From: Raillietiella orientalis
Taxonomy: Eukaryota
DNA: 64,000 bases
NCBI GenBank assembly: GCA_036172245.1
Contig: JAYWIR010000123.1
Location: 1 to 64,000 of the forward strand
Reading direction: 5' to 3'
Shown: positions 39,001 to 51,365 of the stretch, piece after piece
Position numbering within the stretch: position 1 is the stretch's first letter
Layout of the letters: each line of letters begins with the position of its first letter
The notes under the pieces: generated by a model
The model's database searches: none
What the model was told of the DNA's origin: nothing
The model's input: only the letters and a program-made list of their open reading frames with translations
Position numbers and translations under genes: made by a program

Positions 39001-42000
39001 CTCACTCCACTCCTCGCATGCGGAAGCTACTTGTACATTCGGCACGTACGGAAAAGTTAAGGGGTTCGATGCGTGGCCCACTCACCTCCAGAAAGCAATG
39101 AAAATGAGGTGTCTCTATAGAATACTGGAATCCACCGCTGACTGCATTTTCATTTCAAACTTCGGAGAGAAATACGAAAAAATATTCTTCAAAAGCTATC
39201 GTACACAATAGTAGGTATTTTATTAGAGGATGTTTTCGTTTTCCTGTGATGACAGTATCAAGCTCTTCGTGACTTCTCAGAGGAACAGTTTGCTCCAAAC
39301 AAGTTGCCGGAAGAGGTTCGTGCAAGGATATTAAAGCATCGAAGGACAAACACAGAAGAAATGAAATCTGATGGAAAACGTGCTAAAATCATCACGGGTG
39401 GCGAAGAAATCGCAGCTTGTCCGCTGCTGTCCTTCTTATCCCCTCAATGATGCTGTCAAATTCGTGCTCGTTGCGTACTATGCGCGTGAATCTCACCGCG
39501 GTTGTTTTGATTCCATATCCTTCGACTATTCGAAGGACATGGCTACTTTATATTTTTTCTACTTCTTTCTCAGTGCTCCTAGCGGTCACGGTTTTGCAAA
39601 CAGAGAAGAATACTGAGATCGCTCAGGCAAGCAGCATTTGTTCGCTCGCGCAGAGAAATAAAACGCCCTCTGGAGGTCTTTCGGAAGTTCTGGAACGTAG
39701 TGAAACGTTCACGCTTACGCCGGTAAGGAGCAAACTCAATAAGCAGGAGTGCCAAGTTTCCATTTTGTCTCCTCTTTTCCATCCTGGTGCCAGACCATTT
39801 CTCATCAACTGATGAGATTCCCTTTGCATGGGTGGTCTGATTGCAACAGTCGCGAAGCAGAGTATTCCCCTCACAGAAGAAGCATCGATTCGTCGCTAAA
39901 CGGCGTGGAGATCTTCAATGCTTGCAACGGGATCTCGATTGATCCGCTCGACGCTGAATTCTTTTCACATGAAAGCAAAGCAAGGTGAATGTTTTAGCTC
40001 TGAAAGCACCGCCCAGTATTTCAACATCAGCATGTTTAATGCATCCTAGCAGTGTATCGTCTATGCTACGGTCTCCAAGCTGTCTGGGTTACTACGTGGC
40101 CATGACAGAGTTACATTAAGAACACTTGTCTGTGCTCAAAGAGTGTTTCTCAGGAAGTCCATTCGATCCTTCACTAAGCAACGAGATCAAAATTTCCTCT
40201 TTCCACCTCCTCTGAGTGCAGAGCATCTAAGCGTCATCTTGAACAGAGGTCATCATCTGCGGATGCTGGTTGCCAAACAGCGGTCACCAGCTTTGGCACA
40301 TTGAGAAAACCATAGTGAATTAGTCTCCGCAGCATGAAAAACAAATGATTACGAGCAATGAGTAAGCACTACGAAGAATGCTGTTCCCAAGTATCACAAA
40401 AGAGCTTCAGCAGCATTAATCGCACACAATTTGGACTCACTTTTACAGTGGCGAGTTGCGCTGCACATTTAAATTGTCATTTGTCAAAATTCTATCCTGG
40501 ATGAGTACGGAAAAGCCCAGTCCACATGAACCCAACACGGGAAGCACGAAGGAAGCATGTGTGAGAAAAGTGCAAGATTCATTTGCAAGGATCATTTGCT
40601 TTGCTAAATTCTTGTTTTTCCTGATCCATGCACTGAGATGAAATGAATGTAGGGGAGTCCAAAAGATGAGCAGTCGCATTCCTGAAGATGAAGAAGAATA
40701 AGAACTGGTACAACTCTCGGCATGATTCTGGAGAACGCAGCACACGCGTGTATTTCAGCGGTTGTGTTTACAATGGCAGACATCTCCAAGCTTCATCACA
40801 GGAAAGGCGACAGAATTCACGTTGCTGCTGGTTCAAACGCGAGTATAATGATCCCATTTATTTCCATACTAAGTGGAATCCGAATGTCTCGAGTCCGGAA
40901 TGGAAGCAGCGGAGATCGCGGCGAGATGCATCGAGAACATGTAAAGTGTTATTGTGGAACGTTCGTTTCTTAGCCACGATACCACTGTCTGTTGGCATGT
41001 TCCTGCAGATTTGCTTGCATGCAGTGATAGACTTGTCCATCTGACATAACGGCGGCAGTGCGATTCTCTTTGAGCGAATCAAATGCTCTCTCTGACACCC
41101 TGCGATTGGAAGAGATTTGCTTCTTCAATGTTATTTCTTATGCACTCTGCCTACGGTGTTGAACACATTAGCAGACAGTATTTTAGTTTTCAGCTGAAAG
41201 AACACTTGCGAATGCATTGTGGAGGGCGCAAGACGCCTTTTTGCGCAAGCAGTCAGGAAAACATTAGATCTTCCAGAATGTTCGAGGACAGCGCTGAAGA
41301 TGCCCGCAAACAGATTTGAAAGGTTTCCAGAATGCAAGCAGTCTACGGTAAAAAAAAAAGTTGATTCAATCAGGTGGAGAATAGTATGCCATTCCGTTTT
41401 GATCATAATTTTGTATGTATAACAAACCTGGATTCGGCTGTCACTACGCGCTTTCATGTTCTGTTGCGTTTTCTTTCGCAAAACGGCAAAAATTCGTTGT
41501 GATTGCATTTTTAGATGCATAATACGCAAACGTCCCGTTATCTCTTGTGAGCTATCCTTCACCAGTACTCGGAGGTGCTGCATTCAGATGATTTTGAATG
41601 TTATAATAACCTTGCAAGGAACAAGCATCTGGTCTGCTTTCCTTCTCGACCACCGCTTCGTCGCGAGTCTCATCCTTGTAGCAACACTGAATTCAATTTA
41701 CTTATTTACTCAACAGCATCACGAGGGCGCTGATAAAATTAGAATTAAACTGCAAATCGTCTAGCAGAATCGATCAGCGGTTCAGCTTGTTAGGCAAAGA
41801 GGAAAACCACTAAATAATCTGAGTAAATCGCAATAAGTTCATAATAACGCCGCTTGAGCATCCGTTTCAAAAAAGGGTGTTCTGCGCTTGTGTCCTTCTG
41901 ATTCAGACTCAAGTGGAATATGTTCCACGTCCTGCAATTTTTGCATGTATTGTGGCTCGCCCTCGCGATGAAGCAGCCTGGAAGCGGTGCAACATATCAG

Positions 42001-42630
42001 AATGCTGAGTCGTTGCACTGCATCTACGAAAGAAAGGCACGTAACATCAAGGACGCCTTGCTGCATATTTCCCATATACACTTTAAACGATGTGCCCAAA
42101 CTCACTTCCAGATTCCAGAAGTATTTCACTCTGCAGGCTTCTGCTAGATGATTCAGAAAGCAGGGAATCCATGCCACGCATTGCGTTTATTTCCAAAATG
42201 CTAAGGGCACATATGATTTTTTCAAGCACAAACAATTGAGGTTCTCTGTGCGGCTTGTTTGCAAAGGGGCGACCAACATTTTTGACTCAAAATGCAAAGT
42301 TCATGTTCATTAAGATGAGAATACTCTAAATAAATTAAAAAATTGGCATCATGAATAAGCTCCACTTTTCGAAAATATTCAATTGGTTTCTTATAATTTC
42401 TAGAAAAAGTAGCGCAATGTATGCTTTCCTGAGAACACGTTTCTGAGGTAGTAAAAAAATCTCACACGATAGAGAATGTCTGTACAGTTGTTGGATTACG
42501 TGGAACCTGGAAGTGTACAATCGATTTCGAAAAATGACAACATCCATTTATACTTTTTTGCATGCCGACGGTTGCAGTGAGAGTGCAAGACCTGATTATG
42601 ATTTAGCAGTGCCACACTGACAGCAGCAGT
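36017..42630. repeat. Unclassified AT-rich repeat, locus 1 forward unit (homologous to 51371-57297)
   Basis: Collinear blocks 36017-37245 ~ 51371-52612, 38423-41400 ~ 52613-56975 and 42395-42630 ~ 57003-57240. Moderately diverged (roughly 70-80% by eye). Confidence 0.85.
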
Positions 42631-44892
42631 GGTTCTTGCAAATCTATTTTGCACTTTTTTTACACATGCTTCCGTCGTGCTTCCCGTGTTGGGTTCATGT
42701 GGACTGGGCTTTTCCGTACTCATCCAGGATAGAATTTTGACAAATGACAATTTGAATGTGCAGCGCAACTCGCCACTGTAAAAGTGAGTCCAAATTGTGT
42801 GCGATTAATGCTGCTGAAGCTCTTTTGTGATACTTGGGAACAGCATTCTTCGTAGTGCTTACTCATTGCTCGTAATCATTTGTTTTTCATGCTGCGGAGA
42901 CTAATTCACTATGGTTTTCTCAATGTGCCAAAGCTGGTGACCGCTGTTTGGCAACCAGCATCCGCAGATGATGACCTCTGTTCAAGATGACGCTTAGATG
43001 CTCTGCACTCAGAGGAGGTGGAAAGAGGAAATTTTGATCTCGTTGCTTAGTGAAGGATCGAATGGACTTCCTGAGAAACACTCTTTGAGCACAGACAAGT
43101 GTTCTTAATGTAACTCTGTCATGGCCACGTAGTAACCCAGACAGCTTGGAGACCGTAGCATAGACGATACACTGCTAGGATGCATTAAACATGCTGATGT
43201 TGAAATACTGGGCGGTGCTTTCAGAGCTAAAACATTCACCTTGCTTTGCTTTCATGTGAAAAGAATTCAGCGTCGAGCGGATCAATCGAGATCCCGTTGC
43301 AAGCATTGAAGATCTCCACGCCGTTTAGCGACGAATCGATGCTTCTTCTGTGAGGGGAATACTCTGCTTCGCGACTGTTGCAATCAGACCACCCATGCAA
43401 AGGGAATCTCATCAGTTGATGAGAAATGGTCTGGCACCAGGATGGAAAAGAGGAGACAAAATGGAAACTTGGCACTCCTGCTTATTGAGTTTGCTCCTTA
43501 CCTGCGTAAGCGTGAACGTTTCACTACGTTCCAGAACTTCCGAAAGACCTCCAGAGGGCGTTTTATTTCTCTGCGCTAGCGAGCAAATGCTGCTTGCCTG
43601 AGCGATCTCAGTATTCTTCTCTGTTTGCAAAACCGTGATCGCTAGGAGCACTGAAGAAAGAAGTAGAAAAAATATAAAGTAGCCATGTCCTTCGAATAGT
43701 CGAAGGATATGGAATCAAAACAACCGCGGTGAGATTCACGCGCATAGTTCGCAACGAGCACGAATTTGACAGCATCATTGAGGGAATAAGAAGGATAGCA
43801 GCGGACAAGCTGAGATTTCTTCGCCACCCGTGATGATTTTAGCACGTTTTCCATCAGATTTCATTTCTTCTGTGTTTGTCCGTCGATGCTTTAATATCCT
43901 TGCACGAACCTCTTCCGGCAACTTGTTTGGAGCAAACTGTTCCTCTGAGAAGTCACGAAGAGCTTGATACTGTCATCACAGGAAAACGAAAACATCCTCT
44001 AATAAAATACCTACTATTGTGTACGATAGCTTTTGAAGAATATTTTTTCGTATTTCTCTCCGAAGTTTGAAATGAAAATGCAGTCAGCGGTGGATTCCAG
44101 TATTCTATAGAGACACCTCATTTTCATTGCTTGCTGGAGGTGAGTGGGCCACGCATCGAACCCCTTAACTTTTCCGTACGTGCCGAATGTACAAGTAGCT
44201 TCCGCATGCGAGGAGTGGAGTGAGCTTGCGAAAGCAACTTTCACTATTAGCCTCGGTTCCTTCGCACATGGTTCCGTTCCGTATTTCTTCGCCCTACAAG
44301 CAGCAGCCCTGGCAGCACTTTTCTGCATTCGTGGTATCGTGGCGGCCTGGAGTGATGCCGAAGATGAAGACTGCATCGTGAGGCATGTCATCGAGTATGC
44401 TTCTCGCTTCCTGCAGAGAGCTACCCGATGACCCATCTAGGAAAAATGAGAAAGGAACTAGAAGGCATCCTGCAAAGGATGGGCCCTCCCAGCAGTTTTC
44501 TGTGATCCCTTCCCGGCCCTCCAAACTTATTTTTGTGGTTTGTTTTTCTCTTTTATTTTATTTTTGTTTTCTCCCCCATCCCCCTCCACTGCCGAGGAGA
44601 GCCACACCGAGCTGCGCTTCGGTGTCCCGGCAGTTCCGGTATTGCGTGGCCGTCAGTGGGGCCTTGTACCACGTTCTGTATTGACCGTTGAAATGTTTTT
44701 AATAAACGTTCCGGCGTATCCGGGTGGCATCGCCCTACAATAGGCGCTTCCCTGTTCGCAGTTGTCGGATGTTGTCAGTGGTGCGTTCGCTGCGACGGTA
44801 CAGATGGTGTACACCTGCGTTGTTGCGCTTGCACACGTTATTCTCAAATCTGCCCCTTTTCGACATGCTCCAGCGGGATCTCCACGCGTTGA
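38775..44892. repeat. Large inverted repeat 1: arms about 38775-40592 and 42631-44892, about 2-kb spacer
   Basis: Identical or near-identical ORFs on opposite strands (39749-39988 + and 43236-43475 -; 39155-39349 - and 43876-44070 +). Confidence 0.95.
44300..44729 (+). mobile_element. 5'-truncated LINE insertion with an 11-bp TSD
   Basis: TSD TCGCCCTACAA at 44289-44299 and 44730-44740. Contains AALAALFCIRGIVAAW and the 3' hairpin. The empty site is in the other arm (about 38920-38940). Confidence 0.93.
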
Positions 44893-44894
44893 GA

Positions 44895-46308
44895 GGAACA
44901 CACGTAAGCAGCACAGGGCTGCAAGCGAGGCCGATGGAGGTAGGGAGTCTCGGACGAAGAGGGGGAGCAAAGCGTTTATTGGGTTTCCTCCGGGGATACA
45001 CAGGACCGCGGCAAAGCTGAAGCTTTAGCTCCAGTTTCGGATTTTGGCACTTGTGGCGGAGTTGTGGTGCACCTGTTGGTGCGTCCCTGCACGTCTCCTC
45101 CTTCAGCAAGCCATCGGCAAGACGGGACTCACGTCCTTTTTTGGATTCCATCGCTCCCGCATGTACCGATGTGGGCTCCAGCTGAGGAAAGTGGCTGCCT
45201 TGCTTCGGAAAAATCAAGGATTGATCACCTGTCGCCCCGCGAACGGTAGTGTCTTGTTGCAGGAAACCGTTCGCACGTGGGCACCATGCGGGATGCAACG
45301 CGCCCAACAGGAACGATGGTTTCTTTTTGTGTGCTACAGAAGTTGTACGCCCAGTGAGATCCCGGAAGTTTTGAAGAAGCAATCGTGGTCAGGAAGAACA
45401 CCCATCGCTGCTGTGCTGGCCTCCATAGTGGAAGATCAGGACTGCGATGTTGCGGCGAAATGGGAGGTTAAAGAACCATCTCCGGAAAGAAGAAGATGCA
45501 GGAAGAGTTGGAGCCGGGCCAGTTAACAGACGCTGTGACACCGAGTACGCCTCCTAATGGAGTTCTGCGCTAAGAAAAGCTGCTCGATGCTCCGATTGAA
45601 CATCTGGAGTGGCCCCGGGTGCTCGTGAACACTTTCATCGTCTTCTTAAAATGGCAGCAGTCCGCTCTACTGTTGCAGCACTGGGGACTCCCCTGCAACG
45701 CCCGCTGACACCACTGGATCTGGTAAGCTGTCGATCCCAGCTGTGTTAGGTGTGGTAAAGGGGAGTCTCTCCTTTATTTTTGAGTGGATTGTGTTGTCCT
45801 CCGGCCTCTTTAGTTTGGCTTTGCCGTGGCCATCGTTGTCCCCTGCGGCAACGCCAGGGACGCATTGAAAGCCCTGTTCGTTGCCGAAGCCCTTCGGCCA
45901 GCAGCCTCGATAGCGGCATTGTGCTGCCTTCGCGGGATCGTTGCCGCCTGGAGCAAGGCTACGGGAGGACCACACGACCAGGGTGCCATCCAGCCAGCCT
46001 CCCTGTTCCTGAGGTGGGCTTCACGATGGCCCCACCTGGATCCAAGCATGCAGCAAGAGCTTGCCGGCATCCTGCAAAGGATGCAACGGCCCCACCAGCT
46101 ACAGTGATCCTTTCCCGTACCCTCCCACTCTTTTTTTTTCTTTTTGTTCAGTTTTTTGTTTTTTCTCCTTTCCCCTGCATCCCTGGTTAAACGCACCTGT
46201 CTGCAAACCGGTCATCCGGCAGGCTCCGTGTTTCTTCGTGCGTGGCTGGAGCATTGTTGCAGTCACTGTCATGTTCTTGTAAAGTTCATTTTTCAATCCG
46301 GGTGAAAA
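44895..46308 (+). mobile_element. 5'-truncated LINE (ORF2 C-terminal third and 3' UTR)
   Basis: HWGLPCNAR, CVRCGKGESL, ALRPAASIAALCCLRG. Ends CCGGGTGAAAA with the 5' side of the hairpin missing. Confidence 0.85.
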
Positions 46309-46319
46309 TCAAATGCTTC

Positions 46320-47478
46320 TCGCGCACAGGGAGGACATGTTTTTTCGTTGCTCCTCGGCACCTGGAACGCTCCCTAGGAGCAAGCGTTCTGTGGTTCGGT
46401 GGTCCAGCAGGCAGCGATACCTGACACGACCACCAGTGAGTGCCAGGAGGCGGCGGCAACGTCGCCCCCAGAGGCAATGGAGGTGGGGGCATCCTCCCCC
46501 GCAGAATCGGTCTCTGCTGCAGCACGGACGTGGAGCGCCGTCGTGGCGGCACCATCGCCTGCATCCGCGGCGGAAATATCTGCCTATGTGGAGGAGGGGC
46601 ATAACCCATCACAAGTATACAAGGTAGGAAATTTGTACACTTCTGAGAGCGCGCGCGAATTCTCGAAAGGGATGCTCGCTCTCAATGTTAAAGAGGAGGA
46701 GCCCTGCGTGATGACCATTCGCAGCGGGGGACAGTTCGTAAAGGTGATCTGTAAACAGGCAGATCCGGCCCAGCATCTGCTCAAAACCACCGTGGTGATG
46801 GGAAAGCACAGGCTCCTTCCCATTACGGTGCACCGTAGCATGGTGGTCCACCTGCTAGGCGTAACGGCACGAATGCGTAAGGAAAGCGCACGCACGGCCT
46901 TAGAACAATTCGGTACTGTGCATGCAATTTTGTAAAACCCTAGTCCCTTTGTGGACTATACTGGACTACAATGCGACCTTACGGCTGCACGCGTCACCGT
47001 CCGGGAACGCTGTTCTCTTCCTCACAAACTGGTGGTCGGCGGTGAAACCGTCGAACTCTGGTATGTGCGGAAGACCACATACTGTGGCTTCTGCAATACG
47101 TCGGGCCACCTCAAAAAGAGGTGCTTCAACGTGCATTGCCAGGTTTGCGGGAACATGAGCCACACGCAGAAGGTGTGCCCACAAGCACCTGTGCGCGTGG
47201 TGTCCGCGGAGAACGCCAAAAAATGAGCCCGGCTTCTGCAAAGACGGCTGGCGACGAAAGCTGCCGCGAAAGCTGTGAAACCCCCTCTGAAGAGTTAGGA
47301 CCCACCCGAGACCGCAACGAATAACGCCAAGAAGGTCGAGGTAAACGGGCAGGAGCCTGAATAAAAAATGGCTACAGCCTATTAATCAAGACAGGAGAGT
47401 AGGGGAGCAAAGAAACTCGCCTACCTCAAGAAAAAAGAGCAAGGTAGTAAGATGTAATTAAAAAATGCAGCGTAGTCC
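46320..47478 (+). mobile_element. LINE 5' UTR and ORF1 (interrupted), truncated by an antisense 3' end
   Basis: ORF 46399-46935 (ARTWSAVVAAPS, VYKVGN) and ORF 46951-47226 (YCGFCNTSGHLKKRC..CQVCGNMSHTQKVC). Confidence 0.88.
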
Positions 47479-49440
47479 TTTATTACCCGGTTGCGCCGGG
47501 ACGTTGATTTCAAATCATCTGGGAACTGTGTTCCCAGGCAAGCGAACAGAAGATGGGTGGAGTGTACCCCACACGCAGGCCGGGCACACTAAGAGTTCGG
47601 AACGGCAGGGAGGGGACAGTAAATAAATAAATATGGTGGGAGGGTGAGGATAAGGGTCTGCAGTTCTATCCGTTTTTTGTCTCAGAACCGGCGGTGAATG
47701 CCGGCAATCTCCGTCCTCACTTCTGCGTCAAGGTGTGCCCACCCGGCAGCCAGTTGCAGGTTGCAGGCTGCAGTGTAAAGGACCGATGTTGGGACCGCTC
47801 GCATCTGTAATACGTGGCGGGCCCTGACAGTGGTGCGGACGCAGCAGATGATTGCGACGACCGCTCCAAGAGAAAGACCGCCACGCGTGAAGAAGCGGCG
47901 CATCCAATCCGTTGCGGTGTGTCCGGGGTGCAGGAGCGCTGAAGACAGCCGCCGCCACAGCTCCTGGAGGGCACCGCATTCAAATAGCAAATGCGGAAGC
48001 AATTCCACCACTCCACATGTTGCACAGTTCGGGGACGCGACTCCCCTGGAAACCAAGTGCGCGCGCTGGATGCAATACAAACCTCAATGCACTGAGGCGC
48101 CATTATAGTGCAGTGTTGTTTTCTTCACGGATCCCTTTCGCGGAAATCGAATCCGAGCACCGTGGACCTCGCACGCGCTAACGTCCAGCTCACGAGCCTG
48201 CTTGCTGTTGTCGCAGGCAGCAAGCATGGGATGCGCCGCCGAACGGAGTCTTTGAGGGAAACGCATGTTCCACGCACTGCTGCTGTGCTGAACAAAAATT
48301 CCGACGCTTATCCCGTCATTCGCGATTCGCGCAACGGGCGTGTGCTACGCTACAGAATGCGTGCGTTCATCCGGACGGTGGTGAAGTACGAGAAGGGCCG
48401 CAGCACAAGTACGAGGTACCTGCGGATATTTCCGGAAACGGAACACGCACGCCTTGGATGCTCACAATGTACAAACGACGAAGGAATGCCGCTAGACGGA
48501 ACGGGAAAAGGGGAAACCAACGAACAGGATGAATTGTTCGCGAGAATCGGGAAAAGGGAAAATCGAGCCAAAGTGGGAGTGCCTGCGTGCGAGAAACGCT
48601 CCGTTTCCGTTGTTTCGCACGTTTCTGTGCATCAGTGTGCACGGAGTCCGGATGAAAGGGCACTCTCCAAACGCATTGCTCGAGCGTCTGCGCACCCGAT
48701 TGTGTGACGTCGGCACGGCCACCTCTCTGTTCGTCAACGATTTTTGTTGCTTAGCAAAGGAGATTCTCCCTAACGGAAGAAACGTGTGCTGCTTGCGAAT
48801 TCGGATGTCGGATGGACTCGTGCATTTCGTGGAAGAGATCGCAACTCGGAGTATCGTACTGCTGCTGAATCCATTGCTTATCTACTTGTGCATCGCTTGT
48901 GAATTCCGAAGTTCATAGAGAAGGGCAACTCCCAGCCGGAAGTAATTAGCATCACTGCGAATCCGGAACTTGGAATTCGGTACCGAAACCAATCGAAAAG
49001 CGAGTCTTGTCGCTTGTAGTATTCTTGCTTTTTCCTTCAAAAAAGACTCGCCTATATTGCCTCCGAGCTTTCGCCGTTCTGTCAACCCAGAAAAACCAGT
49101 GGTCCTTGGATCTGCTTTCCTCAGGATAGCAGATCCAAGGACAAAGCTGAGCACTGGTAAGATGAATGCAAGGTCCGTGAGGATGTCCAAAATCCTGTGG
49201 CGCACGTTTGACGCAGGTAGTGATTTGTGGCTTGCGCATTACTCCCAGGTCGAGTCCCTCGCAATTGGGAACTGTGTTAAGCCTGGGTTGGGATCTCGTC
49301 TACAGTCATGTCCCTGCATTTCGGGAAAGAGGAACCCGATTTTCCGAAGCAAAAATCTTTCATGGGGACAGGACAACGTGAGAATCTGTACGGAAAGCCA
49401 TTCTCTGGTACCGTGCCGGCACACAGGACCCAGAAGAAAA
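47479..49440 (-). mobile_element. Divergent-subfamily LINE, decayed ORF2 (RT remnants, CCHC) and 3' end
   Basis: ORF 47682-48080 reads CATCGVVELLPHLLFEC. Ends AATCAACGTCCCGGCGCAACCGGGTAATAAA. Confidence 0.8.
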
Positions 49441-49444
49441 CGGA

Positions 49445-51145
49445 AGAGGTGGTGGCGGTTGGTGCGACGTGGGTTCGACGGCCTGACTGGATCTGCTTAG
49501 GGATCCCCGCAGCCAGGTACCTGAAGTGCCTTGCCGTGCCGTTGGGGGACTTTTGCCTTTCAGAAGCCTGGTCAGTTCGTCTCCAAAAAGTAGAGTCGGC
49601 GATCGGCTCGTTCCTGGACGACAAGTTTACCTTGCCGGAACAGACTGCGGTGTGTAAGGCGTTCGCGGCTCCCTTCTCGGTTCCCTACTTTTTGTTCGTC
49701 CTTCCACTGAAAGGACAAAAAAGCGGACCAAGGTCCTCCTATGAATAGCCCTGTGGGGTAGGAAGAGGGCCCGAATCAGGCTTGTGTAATTGAGCGATCC
49801 GTGTCGGGACGGCGCTCTCAGCCTCCTGACGCTGGAGCTCCAGCTCCAGCTTCGGTAAATCGCCCTAGTGGCAAAGTATAGGAGTAGCAGCTGTTTCGAG
49901 CCTGCACGTTTCCTCGTCGAACAGGCCACCGGCAAGGTGGGACTGTCTTCCTTCCTTGCGCTATGTCGTCGCCGCCAAGTCGGCCACTGAGGTTTGCAGC
50001 TGCGTAGAGTGGCTGATTTGATGAGGATGAACACGAGATGGCTTTTCTGTCGCCCTCTCAACGGAACTGTCTGGCTCCAGGAAACCGTTTACACGTGGGT
50101 GAGGAGCAACAAAACGCGTTGAACAAGATTGAAGGCAACTGTTTGCTCTTAATGACCGCCTTACGCTTAGTGAGATTCTGGAGAAGCCCCAAAAACGAGC
50201 GTAAGCGAGGAAAACTCTTCTCGACGCAATGCTGTCTTCCCTTGCAAAACATTTGGACAGCAACACTGCGGCGGCATGGGAAGTGTTTGCAAAAATCTGC
50301 GGTACGGAGCAAAAGATCGGGAAATGGAAAACGGGGATTCCATGTGATACTGCGTCTCGGATTACCACGCCAATTAGAGTTTTGCGCTAGGGCGAGGTGC
50401 TGGAAATTCCGACAGAACAACTTAAGTGGCCCCTGGTACTTCCTTCACCCTCCCCTTAAAATGGCAGGAGTCGCCTTTCCTGTTGCAGCACTGGGGAGCC
50501 CCTTGCAACTCTCGCCGACACCATTGGACCTGGGGAGCGGTGAACCCTAATTGTGTGGGGTGTGGAGAAAGGGAGTCCCTCCCCCACCTCCTTATGGATT
50601 GCGTTTCTCTTCGGCCCCTTTGGAACCGCTTCGCCGCGGCAATCGGTATCCCTTGTGGCAACCCCAGAGACGCTATTGGGTCTTTCTTTGTTTGCAACGC
50701 CCTTCGGCCAGCAGCATCGTTAGCAGCTATGTGCTGCTTTCGTGGGATCGTCGCTGCTTCGAGCAAGGCAACGGGAGAACCACGCGATAAGGCTGCTGTC
50801 CAATGCGCTGCTAAATTTCTGAGGACGGCGACAGGATGGACCCATCTGGATTTGCAAATCAAAGAACAGCTTGCCGGCATTCTAAAAAGGATATAACGGC
50901 CCCGCAGTAGACTGTGATCCCTTCTTGTGCCCCCCAGATCTTGTTTCTATAATTGTTCTTATTTTTTTCTTATATCTTTTTGTTTTGTCTTGGCCCCTCT
51001 CCTGTCGTGGCAGAGCCCACTGGACTGCTAACCGGTGACCCGGGTGACTTACCGCTGTTTACTGAAGCGTGACTGGACCATTAGTTAAGCTACAGGCTCT
51101 CGTTTTGTTCCGAAGAATAAACTCCCCGGTGCAACCGTGTGAGAA
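49445..51145 (+). mobile_element. 5'-truncated LINE (late RT to 3' end)
   Basis: WICLGIPAARYLKCLAVPLGDF, HWGAPCNSRRHHWTWG, CVGCGERESLPHLLMDC. Ends AATAAACTCCCCGGTGCAACCGTGTG. Confidence 0.88.
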
Positions 51146-51365
51146 GCGAGAGCGAGCGGACGGGTGTTCACTTCCTTCGTGCGCCGGTTGCGGTTTATTT
51201 CTGTTCCTTTTCTGGTGTGCCTGTGAATTCGGTGGTGGCTAGGCAGCAATACCTGAGATCATCAACAGTAATACGGACGTGGCGACGTTAAAGTGGACCG
51301 CAGATTCAATGGATGTAGTGGCAACCGAACCACAGAGGCGTTTCTCTCGTAAGCGAGAAGCTGCA
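51146..51365 (+). mobile_element. Probable LINE 5' UTR and ORF1 start remnant
   Basis: GGTGGCTAGGCAGCAATACCTGA resembles 46398-46423 (GGTGGTCCAGCAGGCAGCGATACCTGA). MDVVATE resembles ORF1 AMDVVVGE. Confidence 0.55.

Noticed and set aside
39980..40000. AG|GTGAAT...TTAG as a conserved 13-nt intron
   Set aside because: Implausibly short, with no supporting exon structure.
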